Assembly (NCBI GenBank): GCA_963667665.2
Contig: OY763927.2
Span: 928,001-992,000 of the forward strand
Direction of reading: 5' to 3'
From: Nitrosopumilus sp.
GTDB taxonomy: Archaea; Thermoproteota; Nitrososphaeria; Nitrososphaerales; Nitrosopumilaceae
Length of the DNA: 64,000 nt
Part shown: in pieces, positions 29,664 through 40,348 of the stretch
How the letters are laid out: every line of letters begins with the position of its first letter
How positions within the stretch are numbered: position 1 is the first letter of the stretch
Notes under the pieces: generated by a model
Databases searched by the model: none
The model's input: the letters and a program-made list of their open reading frames with translations, nothing else
Told to the model about the DNA's origin: nothing
Position numbers and translations under genes: made by a program

Positions 29664-32135
29664 ATGATTATGAAAAAATTGCTAGTTGCCATACTAGCTC
29701 TTTCAATTGCAACAATCATGTATAATGAATCATTTGCAGAAAAAGGTACATTTTTTGATTCGGTAAAATTCATTCAATATCTTGATGAAAATACAGCATT
29801 AGAAGAAGTACGAAATGGGAATCTAGATGTTTATTATTATAGAATTTCATCAGATAGATTAGAGAATTTTCAGGCAAGAGAAGGATTACAAGTTTTTGAT
29901 TCTACAGGTGGATCATATAGTATTCTAGTAAATCCTGCAGAGTCTGAAGAATTTAATCCATTTTCAAATAAGGATATCAGATTTGCACTAAACTATCTAG
30001 TTGATAGAAAGTTAATTGTAAATGAATTGATGGGAGGATTTGGATCTCCAATCATTTCTTACTATAGCCCATCAGATCCAGAATACCTTACAGTTATTGA
30101 AGAATTAGAGACATTTAATTTCAAATACAATCCCACACTAGCAGAAAAAATCATCTCCCAGGTACTAAAAGAAGAAGGAGCTGTTAAAATTGATGAGAAA
30201 TGGCAATTTGATTCAAAACCAATAGTAATTACAATTTTTATCAGAAGTGATGATCCAGTAAGAAAATCAATAGGGGAAATCCTAGCAGTTGAATTACAAA
30301 AAATTGGATTTACAGTCAAAAAGGATTTTGGAGATCTGAACAAAGCATTTGTTATAGTGTATGGTTCAGACCCATCTGATTTGAAGTGGAGTTTATACAC
30401 TGAGGGCTGGGCACGTTCTGCATTTGTAAGATATGATTCTGTAGGATTAGGTCAAATGTATTCTCCTTGGTTTTCAAATATGCCAGGATTCAATGACCCA
30501 TCTTATTGGAATTACAAAAATGATAGATTAGATGAACTCACACAGAAAATATACACTGGTGATTTTGAGTCATCAGAAAAAAGATCAGAATTGATTCAAG
30601 AGGCAGTTGTTGAAGGAGTAAATGAGGCAGTTAGAATTTTTTTGGCAAGCAAGATTGATCAATATGTTGCAAATGAAAATGTGAAGGGAATTATAAATGA
30701 CTTTGGTGCAGGAGTTCCAAGTAGATTTACTCCGATTAATGCAAAAAGCAATAGTAATGAGTTTGTAATTGGTGTAAAGCAAATCTATCAAGGAGCATGG
30801 AATCCAGTCATGGGATTATCTGATAGTTATAGTAGACACATTTGGGGAATAATTTCAGATCCTGCAACATTCAAGCATCCATTTACAGGAGAAACATTTC
30901 CTGTCAGAGCAAAATGGCAAGTTGAAACTGCAGGGCCAAGTGAAAAACTAAGTGTTCCTCAAGATGCAAAAATTTGGAACCCAACATTACAGAAATGGGA
31001 AAATATTTTGCCAGATACATTTGCAACAAGTAAGGTAACATTTGATTTTGAATTTAGTAATTGGCATAATGGACAAATGATGGATATTAATGACATTTTA
31101 CACTCGTTATATTTCACAATAGAGTGGGGAACTCAAACAGATGACAATGATAGAACTTTTGATACAGAATTCACACCAAGAGCATCACAAGTTATTAAAA
31201 CAATTATCGGAGTGACCCAAATTGATGAAGACACAATAGAAGTTTATGTTGATTATTGGCATTTTGATGAAGGTGAGATTGCAGATTGGGCAGTACTATG
31301 GAATTCAATGCCATGGGAAATTTCATCGGCAATGGAGAAAGCAGTCATGGATGGAAAAGTATCATTTTCAAGATCTGGAGCTACAAGTAAAAATGTAAGC
31401 TGGTTATCATTGATTATTCCAAAAGATGCAAACATCATCAAAGATTATTTGCAAGAATTCAAGGATTCAAACTATGTTCCTGCGCCATTAAAAGAAAATT
31501 ATCAAAATTTAGAATATTTTCAAAATAGATATGATTCTTCAATAAAATGGATTGATAACAACAATCATGCAGTGATTAGTAACGGTCCATTTTATTTGAA
31601 ATCATATGCACCAGAATCACGGACAATAACAGTAAGCGCATTCAATGATGATTCATATCCATTTAAGATTGGGAAATGGTCACAATTTGAAAAAGCAAAA
31701 GAACCAATCATCACAAACATAGAAATGAAAAACATCATTCAGCAAGGAGAAAAATTAGAAATTAGAGTAGAGACGGAACATGCAGATTCTATTCTATACT
31801 TTTTAACAAATAGTGAAGGGAAGATGATATCATCAGAGACACTCAACATAACAGAAAATATTATTACCATCGACATACCTTCAGAAAATACAAACTATTT
31901 AGGGATAGGTGCAAACAATGTCAAGATATTTGCAATTTCAAATTCTGTTCTAAAACCTGATTTTTATGAATCAAGTTTTATCGTAACTAACTATAAAGAA
32001 GAATTACCAATGAGTGCACCAGGTAACATAGAATTTGCAGAAAGTGAACCAGAGTATGGAATATGGATAATTCCAATACTAATCATTATAGGAATAATGA
32101 TTTATTTTAAGAGAAAAAGATCTATAACAACTTAA
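29664..32135 (+). CDS. ABC transporter substrate-binding protein (family 5, peptide/nickel type)
   Basis: NPFSNKDIRFALNYLVDR, WHNG, SNGPFYL; signal peptide and C-terminal TM anchor. Confidence 0.88.
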   Translation: MIMKKLLVAILALSIATIMYNESFAEKGTFFDSVKFIQYLDENTALEEVRNGNLDVYYYRISSDRLENFQAREGLQVFDSTGGSYSILVNPAESEEFNPFSNKDIRFALNYLVDRKLIVNELMGGFGSPIISYYSPSDPEYLTVIEELETFNFKYNPTLAEKIISQVLKEEGAVKIDEKWQFDSKPIVITIFIRSDDPVRKSIGEILAVELQKIGFTVKKDFGDLNKAFVIVYGSDPSDLKWSLYTEGWARSAFVRYDSVGLGQMYSPWFSNMPGFNDPSYWNYKNDRLDELTQKIYTGDFESSEKRSELIQEAVVEGVNEAVRIFLASKIDQYVANENVKGIINDFGAGVPSRFTPINAKSNSNEFVIGVKQIYQGAWNPVMGLSDSYSRHIWGIISDPATFKHPFTGETFPVRAKWQVETAGPSEKLSVPQDAKIWNPTLQKWENILPDTFATSKVTFDFEFSNWHNGQMMDINDILHSLYFTIEWGTQTDDNDRTFDTEFTPRASQVIKTIIGVTQIDEDTIEVYVDYWHFDEGEIADWAVLWNSMPWEISSAMEKAVMDGKVSFSRSGATSKNVSWLSLIIPKDANIIKDYLQEFKDSNYVPAPLKENYQNLEYFQNRYDSSIKWIDNNNHAVISNGPFYLKSYAPESRTITVSAFNDDSYPFKIGKWSQFEKAKEPIITNIEMKNIIQQGEKLEIRVETEHADSILYFLTNSEGKMISSETLNITENIITIDIPSENTNYLGIGANNVKIFAISNSVLKPDFYESSFIVTNYKEELPMSAPGNIEFAESEPEYGIWIIPILIIIGIMIYFKRKRSITT

Positions 32136-32622
32136 AATCTTTTAGAATTGATTCTATTTCGTCTTCATTTTCAAGTTTCGAATATTCATCTAAAAGGTTC
32201 TGGTTAAGTTCATGGAAAGTATGTCCCCATTTGAATTTATTAAGTAATTCTAAACTTTGTTCTTTAAAACCCATAATGAATAATGACGCAGACAATGCTT
32301 CTGCCGTAGTGAGTTTGTTTAGTTTTGAATAATTTACAGGATTTCCTGCAAGTAATGGTGGAAGTTTTCGTTTAATACCATTAAATTTTTTAGAAAATGC
32401 TTGGTCTGCCAAATTCCAAGAGCAATCAATTCCAACAATAGAATTGATGGAATATCTATCTTTAGGTAATAAAGTCTTTTCAGAAAAAGGATCTAAAACC
32501 AATCCTTTATTGCCAATTTTCTTGATATTTTGAGCAAGACCAAATTTTACCATCTTTGCAGCTGTGCACTTTTTTGGATCATCTTGATAAAACATCAAAA
32601 CTTGTAACTTCATTTCACTCAA
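32122..32622 (-). CDS. tsr3: 16S rRNA aminocarboxypropyltransferase (DUF367)
   Basis: DDPKKCT, IDCSW, LPPLLAGNPVNY, EAL, FKWGHTF. Confidence 0.92.
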   Translation of the reverse strand: MSEMKLQVLMFYQDDPKKCTAAKMVKFGLAQNIKKIGNKGLVLDPFSEKTLLPKDRYSINSIVGIDCSWNLADQAFSKKFNGIKRKLPPLLAGNPVNYSKLNKLTTAEALSASLFIMGFKEQSLELLNKFKWGHTFHELNQNLLDEYSKLENEDEIESILKDFKLL

Positions 32623-32647
32623 TAATGAAATGAACCGTATTTTGAAT

Positions 32648-35600
32648 TTACTCTAAAGTTTTGTATGTGACTTTGTAATAGAATCGTGAAACTTGGTCAT
32701 CTTTAATGACTTCAACATTCCAGTTTGTATCAGGCAAAAATGCAGTAGATGTTTCAGGTAGAATACTGAATTTTTCTAGGCGTACATCAGGACCACTATA
32801 TCTCACTTTAAGGCTCATTCCATCAATTTCAACAACATCATAGATTTGTCCTTGTTTTCTTGTAGATTCTTTAACTAAACAATCAACATCAGGGCCAATA
32901 ATACATACACCAGAGACAGTTGATATCTTCAGATTAACATCAGATTGATCATCTCTTGATGGTGTAATCAAAGAACCAGAAATCACTCTAGGGGCAATGG
33001 TTGCATCATCTATAGTTTTTTCCTCAGTAAAGATAGAAATTTCTTTTTCAGGTATTCTATTTTCTTTTTCAATCACAGTATCAAATTTTGGAGCTTTAGG
33101 TTTTTCAATCACTGTAAATTGAATTGATTTTGTTTCAAAGTCGGCATCAACTGTTACTTCGTATAATCCAATAGATGTTGCAGAATCAGGAATTAGGAAT
33201 TCATGATTAAATGAACCAGAAGGACTTGGACGAATAGTAGTTGTAGGTCCAAGATTTGTTCCACAAATAAATGAGCCACATGTAATCTCAGAATCTGTCT
33301 TTTGAATTACATTTACATCAAATTTTTCAAGATAGATTAACTTGTTTGGCTTTCCGTTAATTATTACTGTATCACCAGGATAATATTCTGATTTGTCAGT
33401 AGATACTAAAAGAGACACAGGATCATCAATACCGAAAACAAAATCATTAGTTACGCTAAATTCTGCTTCAGCTCGAGTATTAGTGTAAAGTGTTTTTACA
33501 GTATATGGCCCTTCACTAAAAATTGTGATTGGTAATTCAAAGAGACTTGAGAATTCACCACCTTGATTTGGATAAACAAAAGATTCATGAATTTGTTTGA
33601 ATGGGAAAGTACCATCTACTACTTTGATCTGTACTCTTTCTGGAACTACTAATCCTTCATCACCTTGTGCGCGTTTGATCACATTTCCAGTTACTTTCAA
33701 TGTGTCACCTGCTTTGTACAGTGATTTGTCAGTAGACACAAAGAGAGGAGTTGTAGATAAAGAGTCATTTTCAGGGTCTGCAGAGACTTTGAAGAAATGG
33801 TCTTGACTATAGGTGTCAGTAGCTATTCTAATTTTATAGATTCCAAAATTAGATTTTATAACATCTCGTCCATCATCAGTTTTGATATTTTGATATTTTT
33901 CAGCAATTGGGGTATTCCATGACCATGAAAAACGTTGATTGTCAATAGATGTACCAGAATTAATCACGGTTCCATCTGGTTTTGTAAGTGAGATTTCAAC
34001 TGCCCCAGCATTAGTAGGAGGTAAAATGCCAGTAAGATAGACAGTATCACCAAGACCATAAACTTCTTGGTCAAGTGAAATAACTGCACCCTCTTTCAAA
34101 TTAAGAGGATCAACAATTGTGAAAGTTTTTGTTGCAGTATTATCAAAATATTCCGATTTAACTACATAGTTTCCTTCAGGAAAGATACTCTGAGTTACAT
34201 CAATTCTAACTGAATAACTTCCAGAAATTTCAGGAATTGCTGTAAAGTCATAAGCAACAACTATACCTCCAGTGGATAATCTTTTACCTCCTTCAGGTAA
34301 CCCAATTATTTCTAGAGGAGTACCATCCTCATGTGAAATAGATATTTTAACAGATGAACCAGTTTGATAACTTGAATTGCTAAATGGGTCTTTGATAAAT
34401 CCACTAATGATCATTTCATCACCTAGTTCATAGATTTCTTTATCAGAATGAATTGTAAGTGGATCATCTGATACAACAAATTCGCTAGGATCAGAAACTA
34501 CATGAATTATTGTAGATGCAGAGCCAACATCTTTGATAACTTTTATCGAATAATCGCCTAATCGTGAATCACCAGCTGGAATAATGAATGAATATTGAAA
34601 TTTGCTATCCCCATCTAATCTTACAATATCCTGAATTTTAAAAGAAGAGCCACCACCGGATTGATCATTTACACCTAAAGCAAGATTTGTAGTCTGTAAT
34701 ATTTCCAAATCAAAATAACTTATCCAATGACTGTTTAATCTTCCAGTAATAGTTACAGTATCTCCTAATGCATAAGCTACTTTATCAGTCCAAAGGGAGA
34801 TTAGAACATCCTCTTTAATGTCCTCTACAACCTCAAAAGTAGAAGAAATAGATTTGCCTGAATACTCTGCATTAATTTCATAAGTTCCATATTCTGGAGA
34901 TATGGTTGTTATGAATACACTAGTTGTAAATTCACCGTTAGTTGGAAAGAGATTTCCATTAGAAATTATTTCACCTAAAGAATTTGTTACGGTAAACTTC
35001 ATTCCCTCAAAAGGAATAATGTCCTCAGCAAAACCGGAAATCGAAACTGTCTGTCCTGGAAGATATAGTGATTTATCAGTGATTAAACTAAGAGCACCAT
35101 CAATTTTTTCTTCCAGTTCAATTATTTCAAATCCAACTGAGAAACCTGTGTTTGTTGTTATTCCAGCATAATTTACAGATACATCATAAATTCCTTCATT
35201 GATTCCAAGAACTTGGTGTAAACTTAAGGTAGTTTCATAATTAAGATTCAGATCAGGGTATAAAGATATAGTTTTGTAAAAGTTGGGACCCGAGATATTT
35301 ACTATGATTTGTGCAGGTAGGAATTCAGGAGCTACAGGATTAACTTCTTCAGAAATACTTCCTTGAATTACTGCAACTTCACCAAATAGGTAAGAAGGTT
35401 TTTCTGATGAAACTGTTACAATGATCTCTTCGGATTCTTGTGTTTCGATTAGTTTTCCATTTGATGAACCTGCTGTAGAGGTAACAAATTTCCAATCATC
35501 AGAGCTGTTCATATCATAACCATCATAGATTCTCTGCCATGATGTAAAGTCATTTTGAATATCAACAAGAGCAGGAGTTTTATCAATAACAATTCCATTT

Positions 35601-35938
35601 TCATCTCGAAGTTCTACTGATTCATTTGAATCAGTAAACCAAACAGTTTGATATGAATAAGTCAAGAATCTGCCTGGTTCAAGTATTGTACCAGTAGGGA
35701 TAGTCATTGTTTTTTTGAGAACAGTTGTAGATGCAATTTCCCAATCGCCTATGTTAATATCAGAATCAGTAGGATTGTAAAGCTCTACCCATTCTGATAC
35801 GGATGATGCATCATTACCAGGTGGGTTGATATCCACTTCATTAATTACAACATTATCAGAACCAGTCTGAGCATATGCTGGAACTAGGATTCCTGCAAGT
35901 AGGAATATAGAAAATACTATAGACAGATTCCGATTCAT
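32648..35938 (-). CDS. Secreted lamin-tail-domain protein with repeated Ig/MG2-like modules
   Basis: VVINEVDINPPG..EWVELYNPT (LTD); about seven TDK.Y..G.TV.I.G modules; signal peptide. Confidence 0.85.
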   Translation of the reverse strand: MNRNLSIVFSIFLLAGILVPAYAQTGSDNVVINEVDINPPGNDASSVSEWVELYNPTDSDINIGDWEIASTTVLKKTMTIPTGTILEPGRFLTYSYQTVWFTDSNESVELRDENGIVIDKTPALVDIQNDFTSWQRIYDGYDMNSSDDWKFVTSTAGSSNGKLIETQESEEIIVTVSSEKPSYLFGEVAVIQGSISEEVNPVAPEFLPAQIIVNISGPNFYKTISLYPDLNLNYETTLSLHQVLGINEGIYDVSVNYAGITTNTGFSVGFEIIELEEKIDGALSLITDKSLYLPGQTVSISGFAEDIIPFEGMKFTVTNSLGEIISNGNLFPTNGEFTTSVFITTISPEYGTYEINAEYSGKSISSTFEVVEDIKEDVLISLWTDKVAYALGDTVTITGRLNSHWISYFDLEILQTTNLALGVNDQSGGGSSFKIQDIVRLDGDSKFQYSFIIPAGDSRLGDYSIKVIKDVGSASTIIHVVSDPSEFVVSDDPLTIHSDKEIYELGDEMIISGFIKDPFSNSSYQTGSSVKISISHEDGTPLEIIGLPEGGKRLSTGGIVVAYDFTAIPEISGSYSVRIDVTQSIFPEGNYVVKSEYFDNTATKTFTIVDPLNLKEGAVISLDQEVYGLGDTVYLTGILPPTNAGAVEISLTKPDGTVINSGTSIDNQRFSWSWNTPIAEKYQNIKTDDGRDVIKSNFGIYKIRIATDTYSQDHFFKVSADPENDSLSTTPLFVSTDKSLYKAGDTLKVTGNVIKRAQGDEGLVVPERVQIKVVDGTFPFKQIHESFVYPNQGGEFSSLFELPITIFSEGPYTVKTLYTNTRAEAEFSVTNDFVFGIDDPVSLLVSTDKSEYYPGDTVIINGKPNKLIYLEKFDVNVIQKTDSEITCGSFICGTNLGPTTTIRPSPSGSFNHEFLIPDSATSIGLYEVTVDADFETKSIQFTVIEKPKAPKFDTVIEKENRIPEKEISIFTEEKTIDDATIAPRVISGSLITPSRDDQSDVNLKISTVSGVCIIGPDVDCLVKESTRKQGQIYDVVEIDGMSLKVRYSGPDVRLEKFSILPETSTAFLPDTNWNVEVIKDDQVSRFYYKVTYKTLE

Positions 35939-36076
35939 TGCTGTTTCCTAATTTTGTTGACTAAAGGACTCATTTTAGAATGAAATTGAGGAAAAGTTGA
36001 GCTTGTTGTTAAAGGGATATATCTTAAAACCATCAAGAATTAACCGGATTTTTCAGTATTAAGGCATACGTAGGAA

Positions 36077-36331
36077 TTATTCCTGAGAATGGTCACAATT
36101 TGGACATTTTTTGTTTAATACTTTAGAACCACACTCCATACAGATTCCTTCCCCAACATCTCGTTCAATGGATTGTTTTCTCTTTCCCACGTACACTTTG
36201 ATTCCAAAATACATGATTGCTACAATAATCACGGCATAAACAAGTCCCATGAAAGGCATAAGACCAATCATAAAAAGTAAAAGTCCCACAATCAAAAGAA
36301 TATCTCGTCTTTCAAATTTCAATAAAATCAT
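36077..36331 (-). CDS. Small membrane protein with a C-terminal zinc ribbon
   Basis: Two TMs, then CMEC..CPNC. Confidence 0.72.
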   Translation of the reverse strand: MILLKFERRDILLIVGLLLFMIGLMPFMGLVYAVIIVAIMYFGIKVYVGKRKQSIERDVGEGICMECGSKVLNKKCPNCDHSQE

Positions 36332-36355
36332 GACATCATAGAATTGATAAAAACG

Positions 36356-36427
36356 TGCCGGAGCTCAGAGCCAATTAGTTTACTTCATTTCAAAGTCATT
36401 TCTCTAACTCTTCTTCATTGCTCGGCA
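36356..36427 (-). ncRNA. Putative C/D-box guide sRNA
   Basis: Minus strand: TGCCGAGC stem, box C ATGAAGA, D' ATGA, C' ATGAAGT, box D CTGA, closing GCTCCGGCA. Confidence 0.7.
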
Positions 36428-36467
36428 GTAATATTGAACAATAATTTGATAATAAGATGATGATTAG

Positions 36468-36544
36468 TGGTGGGACCGGCGAAATTTGAATTCGCGACCT
36501 CTGCGTCCCAAACGCAGAATCATACCAAGCTAGACCACGATCCC
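36468..36544 (-). tRNA. tRNA-Pro(TGG), intronless, CCA encoded
   Basis: GGGATCG..CGGTCCCA-CCA acceptor; anticodon arm CTGCG-TTTGGGA-CGCAG; T loop TTCAAAT. Confidence 0.95.
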
Positions 36545-36744
36545 AGTAAATCATAAAAATTACCCAATTTAATCTACTATGAAATTTAGTTATAATTTTG
36601 ATTTAGCACAAATGATTTACTGATTTGATTATTTGTTCCTGCTACTTTTCCATTGTATAATGAATCAGAAATTAGTTTGAAAAAACTCAATACTCTATGA
36701 AATCTTCAGATAATCATTTTAAAGGCACACAAGGGATCACAAAT

Positions 36745-37641
36745 GTGCAAATCGAGGATTACATCAAAGCAGGAAAAATTGCTGCAGAAGTAAGAGAAAT
36801 GGTCAGAGTAAAAGACTGGATTGGAAAAACAGTTTATGAAATTTGTGAAGAAGTTGAAGGAGAGATTAAAAAAAGAGGAGCAAAATGTGCATTTCCAGTA
36901 AATACTAGTATTAACGAAGTTGCAGCTCATTATACTGCAGAACCAAATGATCCAATTACAATCAAGGATACTGACTTGGTAAAAATTGATCTAGGTGCAC
37001 AAATTAATGGATACATTGCAGATACGGCAGTAACTGTTTGTTATGATGCGCAATTTGATGGCTTGGTTCAAGCAGCCGAAGAGGCATTAGGAAATGCAAT
37101 GGCCATGGCAAAGTCAGGGGTAAAGGTAAGTGACATTGGACGTACTATTGAAAAAACAATAAAACAATTAGGATTCAAACCAATTGCGAATCTTAGTGGG
37201 CATTCATTAGATCAATACACAATACATGCTGGAAAATCCATTCCAAACATTTGGTCAATAGGTGGATTTTCGCTTTCAGATAGTTCTGCTTATGCATGTG
37301 AACCATTTGTAACAACAAAAGATGCAGGAGGATTTGTAAGAAATGGAAAAATAAAAAACATTTTTGCCATAAATTCACGAAAGAAAACAAAAGATCCTGA
37401 AGCTAACAGATTACTTGATTTTATTTGGGAGAATTTCAACATGTTACCATTTGCATTAAGATGGATAACAAAAGAATGGGAAGAAAAGAAAGCAAGAGAA
37501 TTGTTAGAAATTTTGATAAAGAAAAAGGCAGTACAAGCTTATCCAATTCTTATCGAAGTAAATGAGCAAAGAGTTGCACAAGCTGAGCACACATTTATTC
37601 CAAATGAAAACGGAGTAACTGTAACAACTAGTGCTCTATAA
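36745..37641 (+). CDS. map: Type II methionine aminopeptidase
   Basis: AFPVN, AAHYT, KIDLG, DTA, NLSGH, EPF, QAEHT; GTG start at 36745. Confidence 0.94.
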   Translation: MQIEDYIKAGKIAAEVREMVRVKDWIGKTVYEICEEVEGEIKKRGAKCAFPVNTSINEVAAHYTAEPNDPITIKDTDLVKIDLGAQINGYIADTAVTVCYDAQFDGLVQAAEEALGNAMAMAKSGVKVSDIGRTIEKTIKQLGFKPIANLSGHSLDQYTIHAGKSIPNIWSIGGFSLSDSSAYACEPFVTTKDAGGFVRNGKIKNIFAINSRKKTKDPEANRLLDFIWENFNMLPFALRWITKEWEEKKARELLEILIKKKAVQAYPILIEVNEQRVAQAEHTFIPNENGVTVTTSAL

Positions 37642-37703
37642 TACTACATTTCCAACATAACCAAGCCCAAATCAAAAAATAGTATCATAAATTTGTTAAT
37701 CTA

Positions 37704-37883
37704 TTACTCGATAGTTTCGCCAAATATTTTTTCAATACTAGTGATTCCATCACATGAGGTGCATTTTGAGGATTCAGTAAACAACATATCACCTTCAGCA
37801 AATTTTCTTTTTCTTAACATTCCACATTTTTTACATTTTTCAACAGTATATGCAATAATGATTTTTTCCTTAGAGAAGATCAT
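37704..37883 (-). CDS. 59-aa zinc-ribbon protein
   Basis: Hand translation ..EKCKKCG..KFAEGDMLF..KCTSCDG..; ATGA overlap with the upstream gene stop. Confidence 0.75.
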   Translation of the reverse strand: MIFSKEKIIIAYTVEKCKKCGMLRKRKFAEGDMLFTESSKCTSCDGITSIEKIFGETIE

Positions 37884-39001
37884 TGAGGCACCCCAGCAGT
37901 ATTTCCCACACCAATTATCAATACAGATTGGCCTTCTTTGGTGTTTTCTTGAATCATTTCATAAACTTGGGAACGAACATCGTCAGCTTGATCAGCAATT
38001 TCTTTAGTCATCAAAGTTATTGCTTCCTTTACTGATTGTTTAACCACTATAGAAAAGACTGGAATGTTATTGTTTGTGGCAATTGCTTCAATTTGAAATC
38101 TATCAAAACCTATTCCACCAATAGCTGCACCAAAACCCTGTGAAATAGATGCAGAGTCTTCACCTTCCATTTTCAATGCAGCATCAATCATAATTATTGC
38201 ATCAAGTTTGTTACTAGAAATAATTGTCTCTAAGGCATCAGCAGGTCTACCCACAGTTGAGCTTGGTCCTTCTGCTTTTAAAAGAAACAATTTTCTATTC
38301 TCAAATTCAGTTTTTGCAAGAACAGTTTGAAATGCAACAGTTTCTTTTTGAATATCCAACATCATTTTTCCTACAACCATTGGACCAATTCCATCACCAA
38401 CAGGTTGTCCTGCTTTAAACGCAGGAATGGCTTCTTTCATCGCCTCTGCTTGCTCCATAATAAAAGGAAGAAGCATTTGAAGAGGTAGTATTAGGGGATA
38501 GTTGTTTTGTTTTTTTGCAGTCAAGTACATATGATTAACGATTTTGTAAATCATTTGTAATGAAGAAGCAATTTCTAGTAAAGTTTGGACTTTGGTTAAT
38601 TCCAAAGTACTAATTTCTGGAGAAAATAATTTTACTTGTTCTCTAGTGTAATCTTCTCTTGACCTAACAATATGTCTTACTTTGTCAATTATACCATTAG
38701 GATCCATATCAACTGGCATTATTGTAAAATAATCTAAAAATCGGTCAATTTTTTTTATTGGATCATCTTTAGGTTTTAGATTTTGTTTAATGTAATCAAT
38801 TAGTTCGGTTCTTGATTCATCTTTAAAACTATCAAGTTTTTTGATTCCTTTTTTAATTTCACCAGAAGTAATGTATAATTGAATTCGTTGGCCATAAAAT
38901 ACGAAAAGGATTATTGGGATTATCCAGATTATCATCATTAGGGGATTTGTGTCATCACCCATTCCAAACAGCTGATCAAAATCAAAATTTGTAAAATTCA
39001 C
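37880..39001 (-). CDS. DUF1512 family protein
   Basis: PVGDGIGP, IDAALKMEGE, GAAIGGIG, GVGNT; N-terminal TM. Confidence 0.85.
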   Translation of the reverse strand: MNFTNFDFDQLFGMGDDTNPLMMIIWIIPIILFVFYGQRIQLYITSGEIKKGIKKLDSFKDESRTELIDYIKQNLKPKDDPIKKIDRFLDYFTIMPVDMDPNGIIDKVRHIVRSREDYTREQVKLFSPEISTLELTKVQTLLEIASSLQMIYKIVNHMYLTAKKQNNYPLILPLQMLLPFIMEQAEAMKEAIPAFKAGQPVGDGIGPMVVGKMMLDIQKETVAFQTVLAKTEFENRKLFLLKAEGPSSTVGRPADALETIISSNKLDAIIMIDAALKMEGEDSASISQGFGAAIGGIGFDRFQIEAIATNNNIPVFSIVVKQSVKEAITLMTKEIADQADDVRSQVYEMIQENTKEGQSVLIIGVGNTAGVPQ

Positions 39002-39142
39002 TAGAACTAGCGTTTGTCAGATCTAAATTAAACCATTCGTCTACTCTTCTGAGTAAATTGTTCTCAAAAATTCTGAAAAAAGCATGAGTGAATGAAATAA
39101 TGGCGAGTGCTTTTATTATAGTTCAAATAAAAAAATCTGAAT

Positions 39143-39700
39143 ATGCCACAAACAAGACCTATCGTAAGCGTAGAAAATGTTGTAGCTTCGGCAGACGTAG
39201 GCCAGAAAATGGATTTGAATGAAATTACTAGAACATTTCCAGATGTAGAATATCACCCTGATCAATTTCCAGGTCTAGTTTTTAGATTAAAAACACCAAA
39301 AACTGCAACATTGATTTTCACCTCAGGCAAAATGGTCTGTACTGGCTCAAAATCAGAAGATATGGCAAGAAAGGCAGTAAAAACAGTTGTACAAAAACTT
39401 CGAAAAGGCGGAATTAAAGTAAAAAAAGATGCAACAGTCACAATTCAAAACATGGTTGCTTCAATCAATTTAGGTGGAAGAATCCATTTGGAACAAGCAG
39501 CTAGAACATTACCACGAAGCATGTATGAACCAGAACAATTTCCAGGACTTATTCATAGAATGTTAGACCCAAAGACAGTCATTTTGTTATTTTCTTCAGG
39601 AAAACTTGTCTGTACTGGAGCTAAAAAAGAGGAAGATGTGTACAGATCTGTAAATAATTTACATGCATTATTAGAAGAAAAAGAACTAATGATTTACTAA
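39143..39700 (+). CDS. tbp: TATA-box-binding protein
   Basis: Two repeats of Y.P.QFPGL..R....LF.SGK.VCTG. Confidence 0.97.
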   Translation: MPQTRPIVSVENVVASADVGQKMDLNEITRTFPDVEYHPDQFPGLVFRLKTPKTATLIFTSGKMVCTGSKSEDMARKAVKTVVQKLRKGGIKVKKDATVTIQNMVASINLGGRIHLEQAARTLPRSMYEPEQFPGLIHRMLDPKTVILLFSSGKLVCTGAKKEEDVYRSVNNLHALLEEKELMIY

Positions 39701-39747
39701 TAGCCAGATTAGTCAAATTTAATTTTAATTCTCTAAAATTAATCAGA

Positions 39748-40074
39748 TTATTTAATAGGACTTCCTAAAGGAACATCTTCATTTACTGTTAACCAAAATG
39801 GTTTATCATCAACATCAGCTGCCAACAACATTGCATTTGATTCAACACCTGCCATCTTTTTTGGTTCCAGATTTGCAATTACAATAACAGTTTTTCCCAC
39901 AATATCTTCAGGTTGATAATATTGTGCACCACCAATAATTACATCTCGTTGATCATCATTTCCCAAATCAATTCTCCCCTTGATGATTCTTGATTTTCCT
40001 TCGATTGGTTCAGTTGCAATAATTTTTGCAACTCGAATGTCTAGTTTTGCAAAATCATCATAAGATATAGTCAT
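39748..40074 (-). CDS. tRNA-binding OB-fold protein (Trbp111/CsaA/MetRS C-terminal-like)
   Basis: DFAKLDIRV, ANLEPKKMAGVESNAMLL. Confidence 0.9.
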   Translation of the reverse strand: MTISYDDFAKLDIRVAKIIATEPIEGKSRIIKGRIDLGNDDQRDVIIGGAQYYQPEDIVGKTVIVIANLEPKKMAGVESNAMLLAADVDDKPFWLTVNEDVPLGSPIK

Positions 40075-40113
40075 AAGAATCACTAATTTTTCCAGTTAAA
40101 ATGAATTTCGAAT

Positions 40114-40311
40114 TTATTGTAGTTCATTTTTGTTTAATCCACTAGTTTCAATTTCATATTTTAGGGCAGCAGGAAGCTCCATGTATTTTTTGTTAACGAG
40201 TACAATAATTTGATCTTCTGGAACATTGACTTTTTTTAACAATTTTCCTCGTTGATGAGCGTATACATTTTTCCAAAAGCTAGCACCATCAAATGTTTCT
40301 ATTTTTGGCAT
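40114..40311 (-). CDS. Small hypothetical protein
   Basis: ATG at 40311 with a TTTAAA box about 30 nt upstream. Confidence 0.7.
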   Translation of the reverse strand: MPKIETFDGASFWKNVYAHQRGKLLKKVNVPEDQIIVLVNKKYMELPAALKYEIETSGLNKNELQ

Positions 40312-40348
40312 GTATTTCGAGGGTTTCATTTTCTTTCAAATTTAAAGT

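Noticed and set aside
36468-36544. tRNA-Pro as an integration site for a mobile element
   Set aside because: No integrase or transposase and no duplicated tRNA 3' end seen in the window.
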